Assembly: GCA_016201795.1 (NCBI GenBank) | Contig: JACQCF010000010.1 | Span: 79,095-143,094, forward strand | Reading direction: 5' to 3' | Source of the DNA: Candidatus Omnitrophota bacterium | GTDB lineage: Bacteria; Omnitrophota; Gorgyraeia; Zapsychrales; Fredricksoniimonadaceae | DNA: 64,000 nucleotides | In this document: positions 1 through 8,850 of the stretch, piece by piece | Layout: every line of letters begins with the position of its first letter | Position numbering within the stretch: position 1 is the stretch's first letter | The notes under the pieces: generated by a model | What the model saw: only the letters and a program-made list of their open reading frames with translations | The model's database searches: none | Told to the model about the DNA's origin: nothing | Program-made: the position numbers and the translations under genes

Positions 1-1
1 T

Positions 2-2977
2 GGTTTCGATACCACCAGCAATGTCGCCAACGATACGATCAGCCGGTTTAGTTTTTATTACACCGAGCGGCTTAAAACCATTAAGTTTATCAATACCCAG
101 GCTTATGATAATTTTCGTGAGGCGCTGCAAAATCTTATTACGTATCCTACTTCCTTTTATTGCCAGGCCCCGGGGAATGAAAGTTCAGCAAATTGCCAGA
201 ATACGCCGCCGTATGGCCTGAGTTTCAGTTCCTATTGTACACAAGCAAAAACAGATGCGACCATGCCAAAGCTGGGGCCTGTCTGCAATCCCAAATGCGC
301 CGGAAGATCACCTCCTCTGCCTCAAACCGAACCAACTGGATATACTTTTATTGACCCTGCACAAGCCTGGAATGACGCCAATCAGCATTGTTCAGAGCTT
401 TGCAGGACGGACTCTTCGGCACAGTGTCCTAAAAATGCGGCTAATGCCAGCCATCCTTACTATAATCTGCTTTATGACCCTTTTTTGGAGCTTGATTATA
501 AATCCGATGATCCCGCTTCATTCCGCGGCCTTTTAGGTTATGATGACGAGAGTGGAGACCCCACCACGTCTGCCCAAATCCAAAAGACTTTTAGCAAGAA
601 TAAGTCGGTGGGAGTTGTTTATCCCATGCTCTGGGACATGAATGGTTTGCCTGCGGGCAATGATCTGACAACCGCCTTTGGCATCCCTGGTTCCTCGGGT
701 GCTTTATTGACGGACAGCCTTTCCAAGGATCCGGTCAATGGCTTGCAGCTTAACTACCGGCCTGCGGATTCGGATCTTGCCACCGCCTGTACTAATGAAG
801 ATAATGTTAAATATCCTGTTGAAACCGGCATTTGGTGGAAGTCGGGAGCTGACCGCTATTGCTCTGGACCAGCTGGCTTAAGGCCTTATCCTCCGTTAGC
901 GGATGGAGCCGAACCGTATAATTATTGGCCTTATAGTTCATGTCCTTATATGTACAACAGCGCTGGCCAAAAGATCTCTTGTACTCAGAGTACGCAGAAG
1001 TCTCTTTGGGTGCAAGACCGCTTGGATACCATGGTCTATGGTTTAAATAGTTTTTTAAAATTTAACCAGTATTTGCAGAAGATTCCTGAAAAGACATTGG
1101 CCTCGTCGGTGGACACCTGGTATCCGCAAGCAGCTGCCTGGATCGCGCCGCAATGTAAAACTCCAACCGGTGGTCAAAGCTGTGCCGCTGACATCACCAA
1201 TCATCCAGGATGTAGTGCGGTCCAGTATATGATTACTAACAACAACTATGATAGCAGTTACTTAACCTGCAGCCCTAATCACGACGGATATTTGATCCAA
1301 TACATGAATGACCTTTACAATTGGAGAAACCAGCTTGACAATTGGTTGGGGGAGAGCCCTGACCCAACAAAACCCGACCCAACAAAATTTACACAATTCG
1401 GGGACTCTTCCACTGATTTATGCTCAGGCACTATCACTGATGTCATCACATGTTTAAACAGGTATCAAAATATACAGCCCTCTTTTGATACCTGCTGGCA
1501 GAATTTTCCACCAACCACCACCGATGCCGGCGGCAATACCGTTTATCCTGATTTTACCAATACCACCAGCCCGGATTATAACAAGGCTTGCGCCGATCTT
1601 CTCAACGACTATTCAACACAGCAATCATACTTTAGCGGCGTTACCTTTAACCCTGATCCTGCGCTTCCCGCAGGCTTTACGTATAATCGAGACCAGGCCA
1701 CCTATGAGGCATTTCAAAAATGGGTAGAGACGTACACTACTTTTATGGACACCCTTTCTTCCAGGGGGGATGTTTTATCAAGTTTAAAGGACGAGGTAGG
1801 TCACACCAGGGACTTATTTGATGAGGGCTACAAGGATTTTAGTAATTTCCTTGGGTCAGGGGGCCCGGCGGATGATCTGATGCAGGCCAGGCTTGATTCT
1901 CTGGACGATCTCATTAACCGCCTGCCGCCTTTTGTCATCTATGGCTGGAAGGACAAGGGCGGACGCATTGTGGATAACACCATTTCCCACCCGTGGCATT
2001 TGTTGCGGGTGGAAATGAAGTTGCCTCCCAAGAAACCGTGGGTTCATATCTATGAAGACATTTGTCTGGGAGATTTAGTCAGTAGCTTGTATGGAGACAT
2101 CGTCGATGTTTGTAATTACTATGATTTTACTGATGGGGGGACTAAGGATGATCCGCGAGAGGTCTTCTCAAGAGTCACCCGCTGGGACCAGCCGGTGGCC
2201 GGCAATATAACCAAATTTGCCAACAAAATCCCCATCTGGCGGTTTAGATACAATAACCCCAGAGCTGTGGGCGGCGGCGACCCCGCATTAATAAAATCCA
2301 AATGCGTGGGGGAGGTAGCCGAGGATCCTAACCGAGCAGCCTCACCGACATTAGATCCAAACTTTTTAGGCATCGGGTTAAGCGCAGGCACATTTAGTCT
2401 TTTAACTGGAACGCAGCCGGTGGATGACGGTAATGTTGACCCTGACACAAAGCTACCGAGTAGTACTCCTGCGATCGATCCTCTTTTAAGCGCGTCGGAA
2501 CAGAATTCTTATTACGACGCATTTATGATTGATTTTGACCCCCGAGGAAAAATTCCATCTCTTACCAGTAAAGGGTATACACTTAAAGGCGCTGCATGTG
2601 CGGCTGATCCTGATACTCATTGCGCTAACGGAGATTGGGACGTCTGCTGCCCCGCGACCTATTCAGAGTTTCAGTATCGTCCGGCGGGCTGGTGCGCCAC
2701 AACTAATAGAGTGATATGCGCCAAGAGGGCGAGAGTTAAATACATGAAAGACGTACAGGGCAAAGTCCAGGGATGTTTTGATGTGGTGGATCCTTTATTA
2801 AACCAGGGTGTGAAAGCAAGCGCCGGGGCGGGTTACGGAGTGCCAAACAAGCCCCATCATGACTGGCATGAGCAGCTTTATTTAAAAAATTCTCCCGACC
2901 CGAGTAAATTTACTCCTAAGTGTCCATCAGGATCACCTAGTGACGGGAGCACAACCTATGGTGACTGCACATTTTAA
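2..2977 (+). CDS. Large Cys-rich, probably secreted Tad/Flp pilus-associated protein (TadG-like or tip-adhesin candidate), 5'-truncated
   Basis: Frame 2 is open from base 2 into the 263..2977 ORF, so the true start lies upstream of the window. The protein is rich in Cys, Pro, Asp and Thr and sits directly upstream of the prepilin, tadB and tadC. Function is inferred from context only. Confidence 0.6.
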   Translation, partial: GFDTTSNVANDTISRFSFYYTERLKTIKFINTQAYDNFREALQNLITYPTSFYCQAPGNESSANCQNTPPYGLSFSSYCTQAKTDATMPKLGPVCNPKCAGRSPPLPQTEPTGYTFIDPAQAWNDANQHCSELCRTDSSAQCPKNAANASHPYYNLLYDPFLELDYKSDDPASFRGLLGYDDESGDPTTSAQIQKTFSKNKSVGVVYPMLWDMNGLPAGNDLTTAFGIPGSSGALLTDSLSKDPVNGLQLNYRPADSDLATACTNEDNVKYPVETGIWWKSGADRYCSGPAGLRPYPPLADGAEPYNYWPYSSCPYMYNSAGQKISCTQSTQKSLWVQDRLDTMVYGLNSFLKFNQYLQKIPEKTLASSVDTWYPQAAAWIAPQCKTPTGGQSCAADITNHPGCSAVQYMITNNNYDSSYLTCSPNHDGYLIQYMNDLYNWRNQLDNWLGESPDPTKPDPTKFTQFGDSSTDLCSGTITDVITCLNRYQNIQPSFDTCWQNFPPTTTDAGGNTVYPDFTNTTSPDYNKACADLLNDYSTQQSYFSGVTFNPDPALPAGFTYNRDQATYEAFQKWVETYTTFMDTLSSRGDVLSSLKDEVGHTRDLFDEGYKDFSNFLGSGGPADDLMQARLDSLDDLINRLPPFVIYGWKDKGGRIVDNTISHPWHLLRVEMKLPPKKPWVHIYEDICLGDLVSSLYGDIVDVCNYYDFTDGGTKDDPREVFSRVTRWDQPVAGNITKFANKIPIWRFRYNNPRAVGGGDPALIKSKCVGEVAEDPNRAASPTLDPNFLGIGLSAGTFSLLTGTQPVDDGNVDPDTKLPSSTPAIDPLLSASEQNSYYDAFMIDFDPRGKIPSLTSKGYTLKGAACAADPDTHCANGDWDVCCPATYSEFQYRPAGWCATTNRVICAKRARVKYMKDVQGKVQGCFDVVDPLLNQGVKASAGAGYGVPNKPHHDWHEQLYLKNSPDPSKFTPKCPSGSPSDGSTTYGDCTF

Positions 2978-3446
2978 ACACAGTAATTCTCGTGTCATTG
3001 CGAGGAGTGAAACGACGAAGCAATCTTTTTCTATGGACAAAGAGATTGCTTCGTCGCCTTCGGCTCCTCGCAATGACAGGCGTGGAACTGTTCGCAATGA
3101 CACAAGAGGAGCCTCTGTCATTGAATACATCGTTTTGACAATTATTGTTTTGTCATCATTGTATGTCATGTACAATACGATCAGCAGGGGCATTTTCGGC
3201 AAGCATAAGGTGGCGGGAGATGCGTTTGCCTTCGGTCGTCAGTACGATGCCAGGCGCACCACCACCTGCCGTCAGGACTTTACTTATAGCCAGAACGGCA
3301 CTCCCATCAACGGGGTTTTTTACGACGAGGACTGTTATCAGACGCGTCTGATGCGGCCTTTAGTGAATGGCGGATGTACTCAGGGGGATTTTGCCTGTGA
3401 GGATGTGATTAAAAATTCTTGTATCAGTGATTATTGTAATCAATAA
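2958..3446 (+). CDS. TadE/Flp-like prepilin (pseudopilin)
   Basis: Class III signal RG|ASVIEY followed by hydrophobic IVLTIIVLSSLYVM; Cys-rich C-terminus. ATG 2958 has GGGAG upstream at 2945-2949 (alternative starts 2940, 3033). Confidence 0.8.
   Translation: MVTAHFKHSNSRVIARSETTKQSFSMDKEIASSPSAPRNDRRGTVRNDTRGASVIEYIVLTIIVLSSLYVMYNTISRGIFGKHKVAGDAFAFGRQYDARRTTTCRQDFTYSQNGTPINGVFYDEDCYQTRLMRPLVNGGCTQGDFACEDVIKNSCISDYCNQ
2993..3078. repeat. Palindromic element family A, copy 1 (RPE/REP-like), in frame in the prepilin leader
   Basis: TGTCATTGCGAG...GAAGCAATC...GATTGCTTC...CTCGCAATGACA. An extra half copy lies at 3092-3103. Confidence 0.85.
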
Positions 3447-3457
3447 AACGGGGCTTT

Positions 3458-4315
3458 ATGATTGTACTTATCTTTTTTTTGATTTTCGTCTCTGTGGGGA
3501 TTTTAGTCTACACCCTCTGGCCGGTGGTGGCGACAAAAGCTCAGGCCATCAATGAAGGGCAGGCGCAGAAGATGGCCTTAAGGTCTGATCTTTACCTGCT
3601 GGAGGATGATCTGCAGAAGACCTATACCCTGGCGCTTTTGGCTCCGCTGGTTTTTGGCGTGGGGGCCTTTATTCTTTTTCCTTCCACCCTGCGTCTGGCG
3701 GGGCTCGTGGTCGGCGTGGTGTTAGGGATTGTTTTGCCGCGGCTGTATGTGAATGCCCTTATTGCCAAAAGAAAGTTGAAGTTTAATGACCAGCTCATTG
3801 ACGCGCTCATGATCATGTCCAGCTCTTTTCGCGGGGGGCTTAGTCTGGTGCAGTCTATTGAGGCGGTCATCGATGAAATGCCCAATCCCATCAAAAGAGA
3901 GTTTGGGGTCGTGCTCGGCGAAAATAAAATGGGGGTGGTGTTCGATGAGAGTCTCAACCGGCTCGCCAAGCGCATGCCTTCGGTGGCGCTCCAGCAGATG
4001 ATCACGGCCATTTTGCTGGCCCGCGAAACCGGCGGTAATTTGCCGGTGATCTTTTCCCGGATCATCAACACCATGCGCGAACGCAAAAAAATAGAACAGA
4101 GTTTAAAGATGCTGACCGTTCAGGGGAAAATTCAGGCGGTGGTCATGACCGGCCTTCCCATTCTTTTTGTCATGGGGGTTTCGGCGTCGAATCCGAGGTT
4201 TTTTGATATTATGTTTCGTATCCCCCAGGGCCAGCAGATGCTGATGGTCTGCGCGGTTCTGTGGATGGTGGGAGCGTTTTTTATATGGCAAATCAGCAAG
4301 TTTAAGGATTTTTAA
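3458..4315 (+). CDS. tadB: Tad pilus inner-membrane platform protein TadB (T2SSF family)
   Basis: Motifs FNDQLIDAL..MSSSFRGGLSL, ETGGNL and LTVQGKIQA; several TM segments; followed by tadC. Confidence 0.9.
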   Translation: MIVLIFFLIFVSVGILVYTLWPVVATKAQAINEGQAQKMALRSDLYLLEDDLQKTYTLALLAPLVFGVGAFILFPSTLRLAGLVVGVVLGIVLPRLYVNALIAKRKLKFNDQLIDALMIMSSSFRGGLSLVQSIEAVIDEMPNPIKREFGVVLGENKMGVVFDESLNRLAKRMPSVALQQMITAILLARETGGNLPVIFSRIINTMRERKKIEQSLKMLTVQGKIQAVVMTGLPILFVMGVSASNPRFFDIMFRIPQGQQMLMVCAVLWMVGAFFIWQISKFKDF

Positions 4316-4333
4316 TTATGTCATTGCGAAATG

Positions 4334-4421
4334 GTGTCATTGCGAAGAAGCGAAGCGACTGAAGCAATCTTTTGAGAATCTAATAGATTGCTTCGCTCAC
4401 TGCGTTCGCTCGCAATGACAC
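4334..4421. repeat. Palindromic element family A, copy 2 (tadB-tadC intergenic)
   Basis: GTGTCATTGCGA...GAAGCAATCT...AGATTGCTTC...TCGCAATGACAC. An extra half copy lies at 4319-4330. Confidence 0.85.
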
Positions 4422-4443
4422 GAAATCCGTTTCGGAGAATAAT

Positions 4444-5349
4444 ATGCTCATCTTACCTTTGCTTTTAGTTTTTCTCTCCGTCTTTGCGCTGATCTTAGGA
4501 TTTACGCCTTTATCCATCCAGCCGAAGTTAAAATTGGATTTACCCGTGGCCGGCGGCGAGGGTTTTTCGGCGGGGGCGCCTGCTAAAAAACGGCCTCTGG
4601 ACTTTTTGTTTGGCGGGATACGCAAAATTGCGTTTTTTAACAAACCGTTCACCAACTCCGCTTTGGGCCAGAGGATTTTCAGAGACCTGATGTTAAGCCA
4701 GGTGAGACTTTCCGTTGAGGAATTCTTTTTAATCAAGCAGGCGCTGGCCCTGGGGCTGGTGTGGGTGGCCCTGAAATTCTATCCGGATAAAAATTTTATG
4801 GCTTTTGGTATTCTTATGAGCATGGCCGGCGGCTACTTGATTCCGGAGATTTGGCTGCACGCTAAGGTCCGTAAAATCAAAGCGGCGCTTTTAAAAGATC
4901 TGCCCGACACCGTGGATCTTTTGGGGCTTTGCGTCAATGCCGGATTGGATTTTATGATGGCGCTCAAATACGTGGTGGAAAAGTCCCCCCCGACGGTCAT
5001 TACCGAAGAATTGAAGCTGATGATGCAGGAAATTAACGTGGGCAAGCTGCGGCGGGATGCCCTGCGCGATTTGAGCCGCAAATACGAAATGCCGGATTTA
5101 TCCACTTTTACGCGCACCCTCATTCAGGCCGACCGCATGGGGACCTCGGTCTCGGAAGCGCTCAATATCCTTTCCGAAGATATGCGCGAGACGCGTTTTC
5201 GCCGCGGAGAAACCATGGCGCTCAAAGCTCCGCTGAAAATGCTGGTTCCTTTGCTGTTCTGCATCTTCCCGGTGGTAGCCCTTCTGGTGGCCGGGCCGGT
5301 ATTTTTGGATTTCTTCCACAATAATCCTTTGCGTAATTTAGGCCGGTAA
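4444..5349 (+). CDS. tadC: Tad pilus inner-membrane platform protein TadC (T2SSF family)
   Basis: Motifs LPDTVDLLGLCVNAGLDF, LIQADRMGTSV and KAPLKMLVPLLFCIFP. Confidence 0.9.
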   Translation: MLILPLLLVFLSVFALILGFTPLSIQPKLKLDLPVAGGEGFSAGAPAKKRPLDFLFGGIRKIAFFNKPFTNSALGQRIFRDLMLSQVRLSVEEFFLIKQALALGLVWVALKFYPDKNFMAFGILMSMAGGYLIPEIWLHAKVRKIKAALLKDLPDTVDLLGLCVNAGLDFMMALKYVVEKSPPTVITEELKLMMQEINVGKLRRDALRDLSRKYEMPDLSTFTRTLIQADRMGTSVSEALNILSEDMRETRFRRGETMALKAPLKMLVPLLFCIFPVVALLVAGPVFLDFFHNNPLRNLGR

Positions 5350-5354
5350 ACTCT
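5324..5354 (+). repeat. 31-bp direct repeat, left copy (tadC 3' end)
   Basis: ATCCTTTGCGTAATTTAGGCCGGTAAACTCT matches 6646-6676 at 30 of 31 positions. Confidence 0.9.
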
Positions 5355-5379
5355 TTTTGCGAAACCACAAAAACAATTC

Positions 5380-5407
5380 TTGACAATTTAAAGTAGTACT
5401 TTAAAAT
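5380..5407 (+). promoter_or_regulatory. sigma70-like promoter with overlapping palindromic operator, upstream of the AAA ATPase
   Basis: TTGACA at 5380-5385 and TAAAAT at 5402-5407; inverted repeat TTTAAAGTA-G-TACTTTAAA at 5387-5405. ATG follows 7 nt later, suggesting a leaderless mRNA. Confidence 0.6.
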
Positions 5408-5414
5408 AGCAAAT

Positions 5415-6635
5415 ATGTACACCACGCGTTTGTTAGAAAAAACTTTGAAAGAAGCCGTGCAGTCTTTTCCGGTGGTTTTTATCGGCGGCCCGCGAAGAAG
5501 CGGCAAGACCACATTATCGCAAACATTCCTGAAAGGATACCGTTATGTCCTTTTGGACGAAATGGATGTGCGTTCGTTAGCCATAGAGGATCCGCGCGGC
5601 TTTCTGGAGAAATATCCGCCCCCGGTCATTATTGATGAAATCCAAAATGCGCCGCATCTTTTATCGCATATCAAAGCCCGTATGGAGGTCAATAAGAAGC
5701 CGGGGCAGTGGATTTTGACCGGTTCTCAACAATGGGCCTTGATGAAAGGTATCAGTGAAACATTGGCCGGGCGCATCGCTATTTTACACTTGTATCCTTT
5801 TTCCATAGAGGAAATTCAAAAGACCCGACGGGTTCATTTAAATGAGGCGGGCGGGTTTGTTAAGAGTTTGATGCAGGCTAAAAAAATACCGGACAAGATG
5901 ATCCCTCTTGGGCGCTGGATTCTACAAGGCGGGTACCCAGAAGTGGTCCTTAATAAGAAAGCGTCTCGCAAACTTTGGTTTTCCAGTTATTTGCAGACTT
6001 ATGTGGATAGGGATGTCCGCGGGCTTATCAAACAATCCAATCTTCATGATTTTGAGCGGTTTGTAAAACTTTTAGCGGCACGCACGGCGCAGGAGCTTAA
6101 TTGTTCCACGCTTTCGCGCGATATCGGCGTTTCCGTTCCTACCATAAAGTCTTGGATTACGCTTTTGGAAACGAGTGGACTCATCTTTCTTTTGATGCCT
6201 TATCATAGAAATTTCGGAAAAAGGATCATCAAAGCGCCCAAGTGTTATTTTATGGATACGGGGCTGGCGGCGTATCTCGTCGGCCTACAGGATGAGGAGC
6301 ACACCCTGCAAGGGCCTATGGCGGGCGCACTCTTCGAGACGGCCTGTGTTGCTCAATTTTATAAACGGTTTACCGCCTTGGTGGACCCTTGTTCACTTTA
6401 CTACTATCGCAGTATGGATGGGTTGGAAGTGGACCTTTTGATTGAAACCGGCAAAACGATTTATCCCATTGAAATGAAATTATCCTCGACCATTGATTAT
6501 GGACGAACAGCGTCTTTGATGAAGTGGCTGGAAATTTCTAAAATCAAAGATGGCCGGGGACTGATCATTTCCGCCTCCAGGGAATTGGGGTCGGTGGGTA
6601 AAAACGTAGCAAACTGCCACTATTCGCTGATTTAA
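5415..6635 (+). CDS. AAA_14 family ATPase with C-terminal DUF4143 (PD-(D/E)xK-like) domain
   Basis: Walker A GPRRSGKT, Walker B IIDEIQ, plus ILTGSQ, ETLAGR, GGYPE, KAPKCYFMDTGL and EVDLLIE..IEMK. Confidence 0.9.
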   Translation: MYTTRLLEKTLKEAVQSFPVVFIGGPRRSGKTTLSQTFLKGYRYVLLDEMDVRSLAIEDPRGFLEKYPPPVIIDEIQNAPHLLSHIKARMEVNKKPGQWILTGSQQWALMKGISETLAGRIAILHLYPFSIEEIQKTRRVHLNEAGGFVKSLMQAKKIPDKMIPLGRWILQGGYPEVVLNKKASRKLWFSSYLQTYVDRDVRGLIKQSNLHDFERFVKLLAARTAQELNCSTLSRDIGVSVPTIKSWITLLETSGLIFLLMPYHRNFGKRIIKAPKCYFMDTGLAAYLVGLQDEEHTLQGPMAGALFETACVAQFYKRFTALVDPCSLYYYRSMDGLEVDLLIETGKTIYPIEMKLSSTIDYGRTASLMKWLEISKIKDGRGLIISASRELGSVGKNVANCHYSLI

Positions 6636-6645
6636 ACCCGCCGCC

Positions 6646-6676
6646 ATCCTTTGCGTAATTTGGGCCGGTAAACTCT
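6646..6676 (+). repeat. 31-bp direct repeat, right copy (duplicate of tadC 3' end)
   Basis: ATCCTTTGCGTAATTTGGGCCGGTAAACTCT. Confidence 0.9.
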
Positions 6677-6682
6677 AACTAA

Positions 6683-6708
6683 CCCCGAACCTCGCAGGTT
6701 CGGAAAAT
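6683..6708. repeat. 26-bp hairpin repeat, copy 1 (possible terminator or cassette boundary)
   Basis: CCCCGAACCTCGCAGGTTCGGAAAAT, identical to 7744-7769; stem CCGAACCT/AGGTTCGG. Confidence 0.8.
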
Positions 6709-6709
6709 T

Positions 6710-7681
6710 TTAAACCTCACTGATCACATCAAACCCTTTAAAGCTGCCGACAATGGCCAGCCCAACAATTTGCCCCCGGCAGAGGTTTTTGCGTTTGATT
6801 TGAGCGGCTGTTTCATTGAGCGTCGCGCCGGAGCCCACCGCATCATCAATAAGCAGGATATTGTTAAAAGGCGTTTTATCTTCCACGATCAGGGTTTGTT
6901 TGGCGTTATCGATACGGTCCTGGAGTTTATTAAGTGTCTTTTGGGCAATAAGGACATCCGTCTTAGCCTTAACAATGGACAGCAGCCGCTGGCGGATATG
7001 GAGCCGCTTTTTTAGCTCATTGATCAGCTGCACTTCGCGTTTGACCGTCGGTGGGATAAAGCCCGCCGCGTCAATATCAAACTGACTGATAATGGTTTTG
7101 ATGGGATGGTCGATGATTTCCACCAGCGCCGCAATCTGTTTTTTGTTCTGGCTGGATTTAGCCAGCAGCACCAGTTGTCCCAGTCTAGTTTTGCCAAAAC
7201 GTTCTATAGCATAAAAATCCAAATAGAAAAGCCTGTCCAATGCGATCTCTTTGAACGTGGAGCGCATTTTAGGCATGCCATCGATGAGTCCCTCTTTTTG
7301 ATATTGGCCATATTGGGCCATGGTTAACGCGTATTCTTTGGCTGTTTTGGCAGCGTCTAAATTTTGCTTGGCACACCAAGCCCTAAAACCGTTGACGCCG
7401 GTTTCTTGCTGTCCTAAAGGTGAAACATAATAAAAGTTTTTTTCAATCACATCCCTCGTTTGTTCATCAAGCAGGAAGATCTGCGGCTGTTCTTTGGGAT
7501 CAGTCAGGGTGTAAAAAACTTTTGGTGGGCGGCCCAGTTTTTGAATTAAGCCTTTTTCACAAAGAACTTTAAGTTGTTTGAAAACAGCCCGGGGGCCTAT
7601 GTTCAAAAGATTATAAAGATCCTTTGGACTGGTCTGGGGGTTTTGAGCAATATATTCTAAGATTTTTTGAGATGTATTCAT
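6710..7681 (-). CDS. Winged-helix N-terminal domain fused to a type I phosphoribosyltransferase (ComF-like) domain
   Basis: N-terminal wHTH-like ILEYI..SPKDL..AVFKQLKVLCEKGLIQKLG; PRPP-binding loop ILLIDDAVGSGATL. Confidence 0.8.
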   Translation of the reverse strand: MNTSQKILEYIAQNPQTSPKDLYNLLNIGPRAVFKQLKVLCEKGLIQKLGRPPKVFYTLTDPKEQPQIFLLDEQTRDVIEKNFYYVSPLGQQETGVNGFRAWCAKQNLDAAKTAKEYALTMAQYGQYQKEGLIDGMPKMRSTFKEIALDRLFYLDFYAIERFGKTRLGQLVLLAKSSQNKKQIAALVEIIDHPIKTIISQFDIDAAGFIPPTVKREVQLINELKKRLHIRQRLLSIVKAKTDVLIAQKTLNKLQDRIDNAKQTLIVEDKTPFNNILLIDDAVGSGATLNETAAQIKRKNLCRGQIVGLAIVGSFKGFDVISEV

Positions 7682-7741
7682 AGTTCATAGTTCATAGTGA
7701 ACTATGAACTATAATATACCAAGATAAATTGAACTTGTCAA
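7678..7741 (-). promoter_or_regulatory. sigma70 promoter and heptamer operator array for the wHTH-PRTase gene
   Basis: Minus-strand TTGACA (7741-7736), 17-bp spacer, TATATT (7718-7713). ATAGTTC/GAACTAT direct and inverted heptamers lie between the -10 box and the ATG. Confidence 0.65.
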
Positions 7742-7743
7742 GT

Positions 7744-7769
7744 CCCCGAACCTCGCAGGTTCGGAAAAT
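7744..7769. repeat. 26-bp hairpin repeat, copy 2
   Basis: Identical to 6683-6708; lies just past the toxin stop codon. Confidence 0.8.
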
Positions 7770-7770
7770 C

Positions 7771-8028
7771 TTAAGGATTTTGTAATAAATCGTGGGTGCC
7801 GATTTTTCTTAAGAAAGCCGTATCGCCAATTTTTTGGTAGGTGATGCGGTAATTGATGTTGACGCGCAACTCCCAAACATCTTTATAACCTGTCATCTTT
7901 TTATGCTCAAGGGAAGGATGGAAGGGATTGTCTCTAAGAAGGGCTAGAGATTTTTTAGCTTGGGTTTGTACTTCACTGGGTAATTTTTGATATAGTTTGA
8001 GAAATTGTTTGGATGTTTCAATGATCAA
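7771..8028 (-). CDS. Type II TA toxin, RelE/ParE superfamily
   Basis: 85 aa with F.K.Y.KLP, NPFHPSL.HK, WELRVNINYRITY and LRKIGTHD; overlaps the antitoxin stop codon. Confidence 0.8.
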   Translation of the reverse strand: MIIETSKQFLKLYQKLPSEVQTQAKKSLALLRDNPFHPSLEHKKMTGYKDVWELRVNINYRITYQKIGDTAFLRKIGTHDLLQNP

Positions 8029-8311
8029 AATCGTAGTCCTTTTTACCGTCTAAAATATCAAATAACTCCTCAAGATTTTTAGTTTTTGTGACCCGTCCGG
8101 CTTTAATGTCTTCCTCCGCTTCTTTTTCGCCTTTTTGCCATTCTGGCGTGAAGAAATAAGCTTGATCTTTGGGAATGGAGACATGAGGTTTTAAATAAAT
8201 GCCGTTGTGAACAATTTGCACATCCAAATAATCATTTTTGTGTAAATGAAGATTCTTGACCACTTCTTTTGGAATAGCAATTTGGTAATTAGCGCCAAGT
8301 TTTCTAAGCAT
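8018..8311 (-). CDS. AbrB/MazE-fold antitoxin
   Basis: KLGANYQIAIPKEV (AbrB fold) and C-terminal DQAYFFTPEWQKGEKEAEEDIKAGR. AGGAGG lies 9 nt upstream of ATG 8311. Confidence 0.85.
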   Translation of the reverse strand: MLRKLGANYQIAIPKEVVKNLHLHKNDYLDVQIVHNGIYLKPHVSIPKDQAYFFTPEWQKGEKEAEEDIKAGRVTKTKNLEELFDILDGKKDYDFDH

Positions 8312-8467
8312 GTTGATCATCCTCCTTTGATTCAACTATATCATAAAATATGGAAATGTCAAATTCATATTTTAGTATTTTAGTATATTAACAGTATGGC
8401 GATATGCCATAAAGCGCTATGCCTCAAGCGGGATATCCAAAATTTATGATATCTGTCTATATTATAA

Positions 8468-8511
8468 TTTCCATTATGGAAATATATGTATGTAAGTTTC
8501 CAGTCTGGAAA
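8468..8511. promoter_or_regulatory. Two TTTCCA-N3-TGGAAA operator-like palindromes
   Basis: TTTCCATTATGGAAA at 8468-8482 and TTTCCAGTCTGGAAA at 8497-8511, between the divergent TA operon and the giant gene. Confidence 0.5.
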
Positions 8512-8543
8512 TAAGTTGAATATTCATGATTTTCTCCAAATGA

Positions 8544-8663
8544 ATCCCCTCCCCCTGTGTGGGGAGGGTAAGGGAGGGGGCATAAAAGCGATAATCTCCG
8601 TCGATCCCCCTCCCCTAACCCCTCCCACCAAGACCCGCCGTAGGCGGGTCAAGGGAGGGGAAT
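8544..8663. repeat. C/G-rich palindromic element (family C) with a nested CCCGCCGTAGGCGGG hairpin
   Basis: TCCCCTCCCC...GGGGAGGGTAAGGGAGGGGG...CCCCCTCCCCTAACCCCTCCC...GGGAGGGGA inverted-repeat structure. Confidence 0.75.
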
Positions 8664-8850
8664 AGTGTAGAAAAACGCACCTTTAAAAGAATTTCGAAAA
8701 AATATTCCAACAGCGACGTAACTTATTGAAAATAAACAATATAAATATTTAAAAGTATTTGAGAAAATTTGCTAACTGTATATAATGTGTTATACTCTTC
8801 TTATACGACGAGAACTCGTTAAAATTAGAGCTTAACCAAGCTAATTCTTA

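Noticed and set aside
6683-7769. Integron attC sites
   Set aside because: Too short, no RYYYAAC/GTTRRRY box pair, and no integron integrase in the window.
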